A stretch of 64,000 bases of DNA from Candidatus Zixiibacteriota bacterium (GTDB lineage Bacteria > Zixibacteria > MSB-5A5 > WJJR01 > JAJRUJ01), in NCBI GenBank assembly GCA_024277855.1, contig JAJRUJ010000011.1, positions 4,817 to 68,816 on the forward strand. The letters are read 5' to 3'. The position numbers and the translations under genes were made by a program. Below are positions 27,948 to 37,299 of this stretch, one piece after another (position 1 is the first letter of the stretch; each line of letters begins with the position of its first letter). Under the pieces are notes generated by a model that was given only the letters and a program-made list of their open reading frames with translations, did no database searches and had not been told where the DNA came from.

Positions 27948-29114
27948 ATGTGGTGGGATCGCCAATACGAATCGTTTCGCGCGGAAATCCGCGAATTTGC
28001 CGAGTCGGAAATTGCGCCGATCGCCGATAAGATGGTCGGCAACTCCGCATTTGATAAATCCCTGTTGCCGCTGTTGCATAAACGCGGCTTGCTTTCGATG
28101 ATCCTGCCAAAGAAATATGGCGGCGTTGAGTGGGATACCCTGCAGTACGCGATTGCGGTGGAAGAGGTCTCACGGGTTTGCGGTTCGACCGGCATAACGT
28201 TGGCGGCATGTAATTCGCTCGGGATCTATCCGCTATACGCTTTCGGCACCGAGGAGCAAAAGGAAAAGTATCTGCGGCCGGTCGGAGAGCGCGGGGCGTT
28301 GATTGCTTTCGGGTTGACCGAACCGGGGGCCGGCTCCGACGCCGGGGGAACCAAGACCACGGCAGTGCTCAAAGGCGACAAATGGATCCTTAATGGCTCA
28401 AAGTGTTTTATCACCAATCCGTCAATCGGTGATTTTGTCGTGGCTACTGCCCGTACCGATAATAACGGCGACTCGCACGATATCTCGTCTTTCATTGTCG
28501 AGAAATCGTTCCCCGGGTTCTCGGTGGGGAAAAAAGAAAACAAACTCGGCTTACGCGGCTCGGACACCGCAATGTTACATTTTGAGGATGCGGAAATTCC
28601 GAAAGAAAATTTGCTGGGGGAAATCGGTGAGGGGTTCAAACAGTTTATGATGACGCTTGATGGCGGCCGGATTTCTATCGGCGCCATGGGCCTTGGTCTC
28701 GGCCAGGGAGCGTTTGACATCTGTGCGGAGTATGCCGACACTCATCCGGTGGGCGGCAAACCGCTGGCCTATTCACAATCGATCGCGTTCAAACTTGCCG
28801 ATATGGCGTTACGGCTCGAGGCGGCTCGCCACCTGGTGTATACTGCCGCCGTGCTAAAAGACAGGAACCAACCATTTGGCAAACAGTCGGCCATGGCCAA
28901 GCTCGACGCGTCGGAAGTCGGCCGGTTTTGCGCCCATGAGGCGATCGGCATCATGGGCTTTGATGCCGTCGATGAGGACAGCAAAATTGCCCGTATCTGG
29001 CGAGATGTCAAACTTTGCGAAATCGGGGAGGGGACCTCCGAGATTCAACGACTGGTTATTTCGCGAACGATGGCCAAAGAGCGACAAAAACGTCGTACGG
29101 CGGCGGGTTTGTGA
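27948..29114 (+). CDS. Acyl-CoA dehydrogenase
   Basis: FGLTEPGAGSDA, NGSKCFIT, KLGLRGSDT, LDGGRI, EIGEGTSEIQR. Confidence 0.95.
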   Translation: MWWDRQYESFRAEIREFAESEIAPIADKMVGNSAFDKSLLPLLHKRGLLSMILPKKYGGVEWDTLQYAIAVEEVSRVCGSTGITLAACNSLGIYPLYAFGTEEQKEKYLRPVGERGALIAFGLTEPGAGSDAGGTKTTAVLKGDKWILNGSKCFITNPSIGDFVVATARTDNNGDSHDISSFIVEKSFPGFSVGKKENKLGLRGSDTAMLHFEDAEIPKENLLGEIGEGFKQFMMTLDGGRISIGAMGLGLGQGAFDICAEYADTHPVGGKPLAYSQSIAFKLADMALRLEAARHLVYTAAVLKDRNQPFGKQSAMAKLDASEVGRFCAHEAIGIMGFDAVDEDSKIARIWRDVKLCEIGEGTSEIQRLVISRTMAKERQKRRTAAGL

Positions 29115-29142
29115 AGCTTTCGCTGAGTTCCAATGACTTACC

Positions 29143-29165
29143 GGCCGCCTCAGGCGGCCTTTTTT
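29143..29165 (+). terminator. Intrinsic terminator
   Basis: GGCCGCC-TCA-GGCGGCC-TTTTTT. Confidence 0.8.
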
Positions 29166-29319
29166 GTGTATTCTCTTGTTGTCTGAGTGTGCTTTGCGAG
29201 GGTTTTGTCATTTCCGGATTGGATTTTTCGGTCTCGGCAACGTATTTTTCGGGTAATTGATTATTGGTGTTTTGTTCGAGTCGATATCGATGCTTTGTTG
29301 TTGCTAAAAGGAGTTCACG

Positions 29320-30264
29320 ATGGCATTTCAGGAATGCGACAAAATATGGATGAGTGGAAAGCTGGTTGACTGGAAAGACGCCAAGGTCCATGTGCTCAGT
29401 CACGCACTGCACTACGGGTCGGCGATATTTGAGGGTCAGCGTTGTTACAATACAAAACATGGCCCGGCCTGTTTCCGTTTGTCGGACCATACCGACCGGT
29501 TGTTTAACTCGGCGAAGATTTATCGGATGAAGATTCCTTTTACCAAAGACGAGATCAATCAGGCGATTCTCGATTTGATCAGGGTGAACAATCTGGATTC
29601 GTGTTATATCCGGCCGTTGGTCTATCGCGGCTACAATCAACTGGGGGTCAACCCCGCCGGGTGTCCGATCGAGGTGGCGATTGCGGTCTGGTCCTGGGGC
29701 GCCTACCTCGGGCCGGAAGCCCTCGAGCAAGGCGTCGATGTTTGTGTGTCGTCCTGGAACCGGGCCGCGCCGAATACGTTCCCGGCCCTGGCGAAAGCCG
29801 GCGCGAACTACATGAGCAGTCAGTTGATCAAGATGGAAGCTATCGCCAACGGTTTTGTCGAGGGGATTGGTCTGGACACGAGAGGACATGTCTCGGAGGG
29901 TTCCGGCGAGAATATTTTCATCGTCCGCAATGGCGTGCTGGTAACGCCGTCTTTCGGCTCTTCGGTTCTTTCCGGTTTGACGCGCGACTCGGTGATTAAC
30001 TTTGCCCACGAAATGGGAATCGAAGTGCTTGAGGAGGACATCCCGCGTGAAGCGCTCTATATCGCCGACGAAGTCTTCTTCACCGGTTCGGCGGCCGAAG
30101 TTACGCCGATCCGCTCAATCGACCGCATTCCGATCGGCTCGGGCAGCCGGGGACCGATTACCAAAAAACTGCAGGATCATTTCTTTAAGTACCTGGCCGG
30201 TGAAATCGAAGACAAATATGGCTGGATGACCTATGTGAAGAAAAAACAACCGGTGACGGCATAG
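29320..30264 (+). CDS. ilvE: Branched-chain amino acid aminotransferase
   Basis: HALHYG-x-x-x-FEG, YIRP, AKAGANY (PLP Lys), EGSGENIF, ADEVFFTGSAAE. Confidence 0.95.
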   Translation: MAFQECDKIWMSGKLVDWKDAKVHVLSHALHYGSAIFEGQRCYNTKHGPACFRLSDHTDRLFNSAKIYRMKIPFTKDEINQAILDLIRVNNLDSCYIRPLVYRGYNQLGVNPAGCPIEVAIAVWSWGAYLGPEALEQGVDVCVSSWNRAAPNTFPALAKAGANYMSSQLIKMEAIANGFVEGIGLDTRGHVSEGSGENIFIVRNGVLVTPSFGSSVLSGLTRDSVINFAHEMGIEVLEEDIPREALYIADEVFFTGSAAEVTPIRSIDRIPIGSGSRGPITKKLQDHFFKYLAGEIEDKYGWMTYVKKKQPVTA

Positions 30265-30289
30265 GATGACCTTGCCAAGAGGTTGAGAA

Positions 30290-30730
30290 GTGATGAAGAT
30301 CTATATCGGGGCGGACCATAAGGGCTTTTTGCTTAAAGAACATCTCGTTCAGATTCTGCGGGACGATGGTCATGAAGTGACCGACGTGGGGACCGACTCG
30401 GAGGAATCGACCGATTATCCCGATTTCGGGTTGGCGGTCGCGCGCGCGGTTGGCGAGGGGAGAGCCGACCGAGGGATTACAATTTGTTGGACCGGGAACG
30501 GGATGGCGATCACCGCCAATAAGGTTCACGACGTGCGTGCCGGGTTATGTTTGACTGCCGAGATGGCGCTGCTCACCCGGGCGCATAACGACGCGAATGT
30601 CTTGTCGCTGGCCTCGAAGTATATTCCGTTCGAGGAAGCCGAGAAGATAGTGCATGTTTTTTTGTCGACTGCTTTTGAGGGCGGGCGGCATGAACGTCGG
30701 GTGGCCAAAATCATGGACGCAGAGGGATAG
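30290..30730 (+). CDS. rpiB: Ribose-5-phosphate isomerase B
   Basis: GADHKG, DYPD, CWTGNGM-x-I-x-ANK, HNDANVL, FEGGRH-x-RRV. Confidence 0.95.
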   Translation: MMKIYIGADHKGFLLKEHLVQILRDDGHEVTDVGTDSEESTDYPDFGLAVARAVGEGRADRGITICWTGNGMAITANKVHDVRAGLCLTAEMALLTRAHNDANVLSLASKYIPFEEAEKIVHVFLSTAFEGGRHERRVAKIMDAEG

Positions 30731-30792
30731 TTTCTAATTCTGATTTGGAAATGGGGAGAGCCGAATGGCTCCTTTCCATGACCAGGGATGGT

Positions 30793-30822
30793 AACCGGCG
30801 GGCTTTTGGCTCGCCGGTTTTT
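30793..30822 (+). terminator. Intrinsic terminator
   Basis: AACCGGCGGGC-TTTTG-GCTCGCCGGTT followed by T-run. Confidence 0.75.
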
Positions 30823-30854
30823 ATTGTGGGTGAATAGCCGATCAGATTTGTAGC

Positions 30855-31106
30855 GTGGGCACTGTATACATTGTGTAACGCGCTTGTAAACCCTGACCGC
30901 AGGGCTTTTGATAAAGCCCCTTGGTCAGGGCCACGCCTGCCTCTCCCGGCCAGAATCGGATATATTGGGTCATCAGATCGAGCTTAGAGTTTTGACGTGA
31001 CGGAGATATGAGACGCGGGTGGGCATTGCATACATTGCGCAACGCGCTCGTAAACCCTGACCGCAGGGCTTTTGACAAAGCCCCTTGGTCAGGGCCACGC
31101 CTGCCT
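30855..31106. repeat. 88-bp direct repeat, two copies (30855-30942 and 31019-31106), each with a nested hairpin
   Basis: 82 of 88 nt identical by manual alignment. CCCTGACC...GGGCTTT-TGAY-AAAGCCC...GGTCAGGG stem-loop in both copies. Confidence 0.9.
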
Positions 31107-31200
31107 GTATTTTGGGATTTGGTAGAGACCTGAAAAGAGACCGGTTCACACTTGACTGGCAGCCATCATCCGATGGGGAAAGCCACGATTTAGAAAAACG

Positions 31201-31266
31201 CACCCGCCGGGTGCGGCACCAATGCAAAGGTGGGCCTGCCCAGGTCACCTGTCAGGTGCGGCACCA
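31201..31266. repeat. Two short REP-like copies CACCYGYCRGGTGCGGCACCA
   Basis: CACCCGCCGGGTGCGGCACCA (31201-31221) and CACCTGTCAGGTGCGGCACCA (31246-31266), with compensatory C-G to T-A change in the stem. Confidence 0.7.
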
Positions 31267-31273
31267 GTAGAAA

Positions 31274-31459
31274 TTACGGGCGGCCGGTGGCCAGGCCACC
31301 AAAGAAAAAGGCAAATCCCAATACTTTATCGCAGTGCGGGCAAGAGTACATCACTTCCTTTTTGATTAGTCCGTCGACTTCTTTCTGAATTTCATCTCTG
31401 CTGTCTTTCGTTGTCGAGTCGAGGGTGATCGTCTCATTGCAATAGGGACATTTGGCCAT
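31274..31459 (-). CDS. Small CPxC...CPxC zinc-ribbon protein
   Basis: MAKCPYC...YSCPHCDKVLG, RBS AGGAG. Confidence 0.75.
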   Translation of the reverse strand: MAKCPYCNETITLDSTTKDSRDEIQKEVDGLIKKEVMYSCPHCDKVLGFAFFFGGLATGRP

Positions 31460-31546
31460 GATTACTCCTGGAATTGGTTTTCCGTGACAGTTGACGTAAA
31501 ACCGTCACACTACTTACTGAAACGCATACAAATCGTCGTCCACGAC

Positions 31547-31963
31547 CTATAGCGTTTCTTCCGGCAGGTCCCTGGCGGTATCGCGGATGTAGGTCACGAT
31601 CTCTTCGGTTGTCGCGCCGGGAGTGAAAATCCGGCCCACGCCGATTTCTTCAAGCTTGGCCGCATCCTGGTCGGGGACAATGCCGCCGCCAAAGAGATGG
31701 ATGTTTTCCGCGCCCTTTTCTTTCAGCAGTTTCGCCACGGCGGGGAAGAGGGTCATGTGCGCGCCGGAAAGGATCGACATGCCGATAAATTGCGCATCTT
31801 CCTGGATGGCGGCGCTGACAATCTTATCGGGGGTTTGGCGCAGGCCGGTGTAGATGACTTCCATGCCGGCATCGCGCAATGCCGCGGCGATGACTTTGAT
31901 TCCCCGATCGTGCCCGTCAAGTCCGGGCTTAGCCAGTAGTACTCGGATTTTGTCCATAGGCAT
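31547..31963 (-). CDS. Cobalamin-binding small subunit of acyl-CoA mutase (IcmB/MCM C-terminal-like)
   Basis: [21 protein letters not shown]. Start 31963 or 31957. Confidence 0.93.
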   Translation of the reverse strand: MPMDKIRVLLAKPGLDGHDRGIKVIAAALRDAGMEVIYTGLRQTPDKIVSAAIQEDAQFIGMSILSGAHMTLFPAVAKLLKEKGAENIHLFGGGIVPDQDAAKLEEIGVGRIFTPGATTEEIVTYIRDTARDLPEETL

Positions 31964-32012
31964 TTGCAAAACCGGTGACGTGGGGTTATCCCACAAATTT
32001 GTTATGCCAAAT

Positions 32013-32033
32013 GGTGGGCAATGCCCACCCTAC
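32013..32033 (-). repeat. GTAG-type REP palindrome
   Basis: Minus strand reads GTAG-GGTGGGCATTGCCCACC, between the two mutase genes. Confidence 0.75.
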
Positions 32034-32038
32034 ATTCG

Positions 32039-33751
32039 TCAAAACATCGGGGGTTCCTGGTATTCCCCGAATACCTCGCGCATGACGTCGACCATCTCGC
32101 CGAGTGTCACATAGGCCTTCGAACACTCGACTAAGTACGGCATCAGGTTTTTCGATTCATCTTTGCAGGCGGCCTTAAGTTCGGCCAGCGTGCTGTCGAC
32201 TTTTGCGTTGTCGCGGGCCTGCCGCAATTGCCTGAGCGCTTCGCACTGTTCGGTTTCGACACTATCGTCGATCTCCAGAAGCGGAATGTCAACCTTGTCG
32301 TCCATGACATATTTGTTCACGCCGACGACAATACGTTCCCCTTTTTCGACCTGTTTTTGATAGGCATAAGCCGACTTGGCAATTTCGCGCTGGAAATATC
32401 CTTTGTCGATACCGGCTAACACGCCGCCGAGTTGTTCGATTTCATTAAAAATTTTCTCGGTTTCTTCTTCCATTTGATCGGTCAGCGATTCGACAAAATA
32501 CGACCCCGCCAGCGGGTCAATCGTATTGGTCACGCCCGATTCGAGAGCGACCAGTTGTTGGGTGCGTAAGGCAATCAATGCCGCTTTCTCCGAGGGAAGG
32601 GCCAGGGTTTCATCCATCGAGTTGGTATGCAGCGACTGCGTGCCGCCCAGCGCGGCGGCCATCGCCTGCCAGCCGACGCGGACGATGTTGTTCTCGGGCT
32701 GTTGGGCCGTCAACGAGACGCCCGCTGTCTGAGTATGAAACCGCATCAACCAGGAACGCGGGTTTTTGGCTTTATATTTTTCTTTCAAGCGTCGCGCCCA
32801 GATCCGACGGGCTGCGCGATACTTGGCGATTTCTTCGAAGAAATCCAGGTGTGAGTTGAAGAACAGCGATAATCGGGGGGCGAATTGATCGACATCCAGC
32901 CCGCGAGCCATCGCCGCTTCGATATACGCGAAACCGTTGGCCAGCGTGTAGGCCAGCTCCTGCACCGCGGTTGCCCCCGCCTCGCGGATATGATAACCAG
33001 AGATCGAAATCGTGTTCCACCGGGGCATGTGGTAGGTGCCGTATTCGATGGTGTCGACAATCAGCCGCATGTGAGGCAAGGGAGGGAAGACCCATTCTTT
33101 TTGCGCGATGAATTCCTTGAGAATATCATTTTGCAGTGTGCCGGTAAGTTGCTCGGACGGGACGCCTTTTTTCTCCCCGACGGCGATATACATCGCCAGA
33201 ATGATCGCGGCGGGGGCGTTGATCGTCATCGAGGTCGAAATCTTGCCGAGATCGATACCGTCGAAGACAATTTCCATATCCTTAAGCGAGTCGACAGCCA
33301 CGCCGCATTTGCCGACTTCCCCCTTGGCGAAGGCATGGTCGGAATCATAGCCCATCAAGGTCGGGAGATCGAAGGCGACCGAAAGGCCCATTTGTCCCTG
33401 GCTGAGTAAGAAATGGTATCGTTTGTTGGTCTGCCGGGCATTGCCCATGCCGGAGAAAAGCCGTTGGGTCCAGAGCCGCTTGCGGTACATGTCGGTATGC
33501 ACGCCGCGAGTGTAGGGGTACTGTCCGGGAAACCCGACTTCTTCGACAAAATCCTTACCCGCGACGTCATCAGGGGTATAAAGGTCTTTGATCGGGAGGC
33601 CGGAGACGGTGATAAATTTCCGGCCGTCGAGTTCGTCGGCCCCATTACGTTGTTCTTCAAATTTGGCCCTGGCTTCTTCGTATTTTTTGCGGTCCGATTT
33701 GGAGAGCACCTGTTCGATACCCTTCTTTGCGGAATCCATTAAATCGGCCAT
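32039..33751 (-). CDS. B12-dependent acyl-CoA mutase large subunit with isobutyryl-CoA-mutase-type specificity residues
   Basis: [44 protein letters not shown] has Phe at the MCM Tyr89 position and [13 protein letters not shown] has Gln at the MCM Arg207 position. Confidence 0.9.
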   Translation of the reverse strand: MADLMDSAKKGIEQVLSKSDRKKYEEARAKFEEQRNGADELDGRKFITVSGLPIKDLYTPDDVAGKDFVEEVGFPGQYPYTRGVHTDMYRKRLWTQRLFSGMGNARQTNKRYHFLLSQGQMGLSVAFDLPTLMGYDSDHAFAKGEVGKCGVAVDSLKDMEIVFDGIDLGKISTSMTINAPAAIILAMYIAVGEKKGVPSEQLTGTLQNDILKEFIAQKEWVFPPLPHMRLIVDTIEYGTYHMPRWNTISISGYHIREAGATAVQELAYTLANGFAYIEAAMARGLDVDQFAPRLSLFFNSHLDFFEEIAKYRAARRIWARRLKEKYKAKNPRSWLMRFHTQTAGVSLTAQQPENNIVRVGWQAMAAALGGTQSLHTNSMDETLALPSEKAALIALRTQQLVALESGVTNTIDPLAGSYFVESLTDQMEEETEKIFNEIEQLGGVLAGIDKGYFQREIAKSAYAYQKQVEKGERIVVGVNKYVMDDKVDIPLLEIDDSVETEQCEALRQLRQARDNAKVDSTLAELKAACKDESKNLMPYLVECSKAYVTLGEMVDVMREVFGEYQEPPMF

Positions 33752-33862
33752 GGTCTCACCTTCAATTCATCGGTCTCTTGTCCGCCGGTCAAATTACCGG
33801 CACACTTACTTCCCATAATTAATTGTACGAAGATTAGGGCCGCTGACACAAGTGTTGTGTGG

Positions 33863-34813
33863 TCAGGAAGTGAGGGCGGTCGAGAGTTCCGCCACCAATC
33901 GTTCCGCTGCCGAATAGGGATTAGTGCTTCCTGCCAGGATGTCGGCGACCACTTTTTCGAATGTCTCCGAATCGCGCAGAACCGACCGGAGACGGCGGTC
34001 GACCTTGCCCCGGACGATGGTCAGTAAGTCATTGGCGATCCGTTCTTTCTGACGATCTTCCGGCGACGTGTCACTCTGACAAAATTCGCGATGGTTCTTG
34101 ATTGCCTGCCAGAGATCGTCGATCCCGATATTGTTAATCGCCTGTGTTTGAATGATCGGGTACTCCCAATTATTCGTCCGCTGACGCAGGCCGAGGACAG
34201 ACTGTAATTCGAGGACCAGCCGTTCGGCCCCGTCCCGGTCGGCTTTATTCAGGCAATAAATGTCGGCGATTTCCATCAGGCCGGCTTTCATCGCCTGGAC
34301 CGCGTCACCCGATTCCGGGACAAAGACGACAACCACTGAATCGCAGGCGCGGGCAATGTCCAATTCCACCTGCCCGACGCCAACTGTCTCGATCAGGACA
34401 AGATCGAAACCAAATGCATCCATTACCATCGTGGTGTCGCGCGTGGCCTCGGCCAGACCGCCGGTTGATCCACGTGTTGCCATACTGCGAATAAAGATAT
34501 TCGGGTCCAGGGAAAGGTCCTGCATGCGGATGCGGTCGCCCAGGAGCGCGCCGCCGGTAAAGGGACTGGTGGGGTCGACGGCGATAATGCCAACCTTTTT
34601 CCCCGAGGCAGAGAGTAATTCTCCCAGCCGAAAGACCAAGCTTGATTTGCCGGCGCCGGGAGGGCCGGTCAGCCCGATGCGTTGCGCCCGGCCGGCGTGG
34701 GCATAAAGCCGGGCCAAAATGTCCTGATAACCGGTGCGGCGATTTTCGACCCGGCTGATAATCCGGGCCAGAGCAACTTGATCGCCGTTCTCAAATCGCT
34801 CCAGTAGCCCCAT
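33863..34813 (-). CDS. meaB: MeaB/ArgK mutase-associated GTPase
   Basis: GPPGAGKS, AVDPTSPFTGGALLGDRIRM, ETVGVGQ, NKAD. Confidence 0.95.
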   Translation of the reverse strand: MGLLERFENGDQVALARIISRVENRRTGYQDILARLYAHAGRAQRIGLTGPPGAGKSSLVFRLGELLSASGKKVGIIAVDPTSPFTGGALLGDRIRMQDLSLDPNIFIRSMATRGSTGGLAEATRDTTMVMDAFGFDLVLIETVGVGQVELDIARACDSVVVVFVPESGDAVQAMKAGLMEIADIYCLNKADRDGAERLVLELQSVLGLRQRTNNWEYPIIQTQAINNIGIDDLWQAIKNHREFCQSDTSPEDRQKERIANDLLTIVRGKVDRRLRSVLRDSETFEKVVADILAGSTNPYSAAERLVAELSTALTS

Positions 34814-34860
34814 AGGTCCAATTGTTCCGACAGATAATAGTTATAAAGGACAAGACCGTC

Positions 34861-36567
34861 TCATCCATTAAGCTGAATATCCTTGATCCGCAATTGAAGT
34901 TGGCGGGAATCATTCCACCAGACCCGTTCGGCGACGTAAGCCATGTCAATCGACCCTCGATGGTTCGCCATTTGACGGGCCATATCGCCCATGTTGAAGC
35001 CGATACAATCATACACGTTTCGGCCGCGGCCGGCCCGGAATTTCAAGTGGTTGTGACCGACGACATAGGGTGAGCCGATCATCTCCACATTTCCGGTCAT
35101 GAACACCGGACGCGTGTTCTGCGGGCCGAACGGCGCGAATTGTTCGAGTCGATCAATGAACTCTTCTGTCAGGTGCTCAATTTCGAGATAGCAGTCGATT
35201 GTCAGCGTCGGGATCAAATCTTCGGGCGTGAGCATCTCCTCGGCAACCCGCTTGAATCGACGGCGGAATTCCGGAATCTGATCCTGTGCGATGGATAGCC
35301 CGGCCGCGTACTTGTGCCCGCCAAAGCGCAGAAGAAGGTCTTCACACTCACGCATCGCGTTGTATAAGTGAAATGACGGGATCGAACGGGCCGAGCCCTT
35401 GCCTTCACCGTCTTCGATGGCAATCAGCACCGTCGGGACGTGATACCGTTCGACAATCCGCGACGCGACAATTCCGATGACACCCTGGTGCCACCCCTCG
35501 GAAGCAAGAACAATACCCCGGTCTTTTTCGAGGTCACACTCTTTTTTGACCAGTTCCAGGGCCTGCTTCAGCGTTGTTTCATCGAGTTTTTTACGCAACT
35601 TGTTTTCACGGTCGAGTTTGCGGGCGATCTGTGCCGCGGCAACATCGTCTTTAGTCGTCAATAACCGAATCGCCAATTCCGGATCGCCGAGACGGCCGAC
35701 CGCGTTAATCCGTGGCGCAAGGATGAATACGACCTGGCCCGAGGTGATTTCCTTACCCATCAACCCGGAGACAAAGGCGAGTGATTTAAGCCCGGGTTTA
35801 TTTGTGCGCGCAATCTGGCGGATACCATGTTTAGTCAGGATACGGTTTTCCCCGACCAGGGGTGCAATATCCGCGGTGGTGCCGAGGGCCACGAGGTCAA
35901 GATGTTCTTCGAGTTCGGAATCGTTTTGCCCCAGCATCCGGTATAATGCCTGCGCCAGTTTGAAGGCGACACCAACACCGGCCAGTTCTTGACCGGGTTG
36001 ATTTTCCCCGACCTTTGGGTTGACAATCGACACCGCTTTGGGCAGGGAATTGCCGGGTTCGTGATGGTCGGTAATGATAACATCGATCCCGTTGTCTCTG
36101 GCGTATTCGACCTCCTCGATGGCCGTGACTCCACAGTCGACGGTAATAATCAGGCCCGCCTTGCGGTCGATCGCATTCTGCATCCCTTTTTCGGAAAGCC
36201 CATACCCCTCAACCAAGCGGTTGGGCAGATAATACGAGACGTCCGCACCAAGTCGATTCAAAACGAGGAACATCAAGGAAGCCGAAGTGATGCCGTCGAC
36301 ATCGTAATCGCCGTAGACCATGATATGTTCCCGGTCTCGCAGAGCGAGGACAATTAGGTCGACCGCCTCGTTAACTCCATCGAGAGTGAACGGGTCGAAC
36401 AGGTCGGACATATCCGGATTGACGAATTTGTCGATTTTATCGTGCTCGGTCAGGTCGCGGTTGATCAGGATACGAACGATCTCGGCGGGCAATTGGGCTT
36501 GGTCCATCAGCGTCCGGACCACATCGGGATCCGGAGCTTCGGCGAACACCCATTTGAGCTTGTGCAC
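34861..36567 (-). CDS. recJ: Single-stranded-DNA exonuclease RecJ
   Basis: YGDYDVDG, ITVDCG, TDHH, PRINAVGRL, GSARS, FGGH. Start moved to GTG 36567 because the longer ORF overlaps rnpB. Confidence 0.95.
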   Translation of the reverse strand: MHKLKWVFAEAPDPDVVRTLMDQAQLPAEIVRILINRDLTEHDKIDKFVNPDMSDLFDPFTLDGVNEAVDLIVLALRDREHIMVYGDYDVDGITSASLMFLVLNRLGADVSYYLPNRLVEGYGLSEKGMQNAIDRKAGLIITVDCGVTAIEEVEYARDNGIDVIITDHHEPGNSLPKAVSIVNPKVGENQPGQELAGVGVAFKLAQALYRMLGQNDSELEEHLDLVALGTTADIAPLVGENRILTKHGIRQIARTNKPGLKSLAFVSGLMGKEITSGQVVFILAPRINAVGRLGDPELAIRLLTTKDDVAAAQIARKLDRENKLRKKLDETTLKQALELVKKECDLEKDRGIVLASEGWHQGVIGIVASRIVERYHVPTVLIAIEDGEGKGSARSIPSFHLYNAMRECEDLLLRFGGHKYAAGLSIAQDQIPEFRRRFKRVAEEMLTPEDLIPTLTIDCYLEIEHLTEEFIDRLEQFAPFGPQNTRPVFMTGNVEMIGSPYVVGHNHLKFRAGRGRNVYDCIGFNMGDMARQMANHRGSIDMAYVAERVWWNDSRQLQLRIKDIQLNG

Positions 36568-36601
36568 CTCGAATCTCCCGGGGGCACGACAAAAAAACCA
36601 T

Positions 36602-36964
36602 ACCGGCGGTCGATAAGCCGGGTTCTGTAATCCGCGAAGCGGACTGATGACCATTTATCTGGCATTGCCGTCGCCGGCAACGTCATGCAGCCTACCCGGG
36701 AGTAAAACGGGGCAAGCGACCCCTGTCTCCCTGCTTGGCCTTGCTCCGGGTGGGGTTTACACGGCCCGGTCGGTTACCCGTCCGGCCGGTGGTCTCTTAC
36801 ACCACCTTTTCACCCTTACCACCCGCTGACGCGTGTGGCGGTTATTTTCTGCTGCACTTTCCGTCGGATTGCTCCGCCCTCGTGTTACGAGGCACCCCGC
36901 TTTGTGGAGCCCGGACTTTCCTCACATCGAATATATTCCGATGCGCGGTCATCTGACCACCGGT
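36602..36964 (-). ncRNA. rnpB: RNase P RNA (bacterial type A)
   Basis: Minus strand has GAGGAAAGTCCGGGCTCC, AGTGCAGCAGAAA, GGGTGAAAAGGTG, GGAGCAAGGCCAA and ACAGAACCCGGCTTA. Ends pair as P1 (ACCGGTGGTC/GACCGCCGGT). Confidence 0.95.
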
Positions 36965-37299
36965 GTGGTTTTTTCTCTTGCCTCCATTAAAGATACAACA
37001 TCTATAACAAAACGAACAATTACGCTGTCAGGAGAGAGCATCGTCAAGTGACACCCACTCAAATTTATTATAACATAGATCAAGTTGCCGACCAAGACCA
37101 TTTCTTATTTCTTTTGTCAAGCGACTCCCGGTCGTGGCGCGCCCGTAAGCGACAGAGCGATAGAAGCATCGGGGGAATGCGAAGGGCCGGCCGGTGGGGA
37201 GATTGTCGGTTTTTACGGTATCGGCAGAAGCCGAATCATGGCCGCCAGATGGTGGTCGTCGTGTTCAGCGACAAAGTACATCAGATCGACCGGCGCTTA

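Noticed and set aside
30855-31266. Possible CRISPR array
   Set aside because: Only two 88-bp copies and two 21-bp copies, wrong unit sizes, and no cas genes.
36568-36654. N-terminal extension of recJ and small ORFs at 36647-37051
   Set aside because: They overlap the RNase P RNA. GTG at 36567 with an upstream GGAG is the plausible recJ start.
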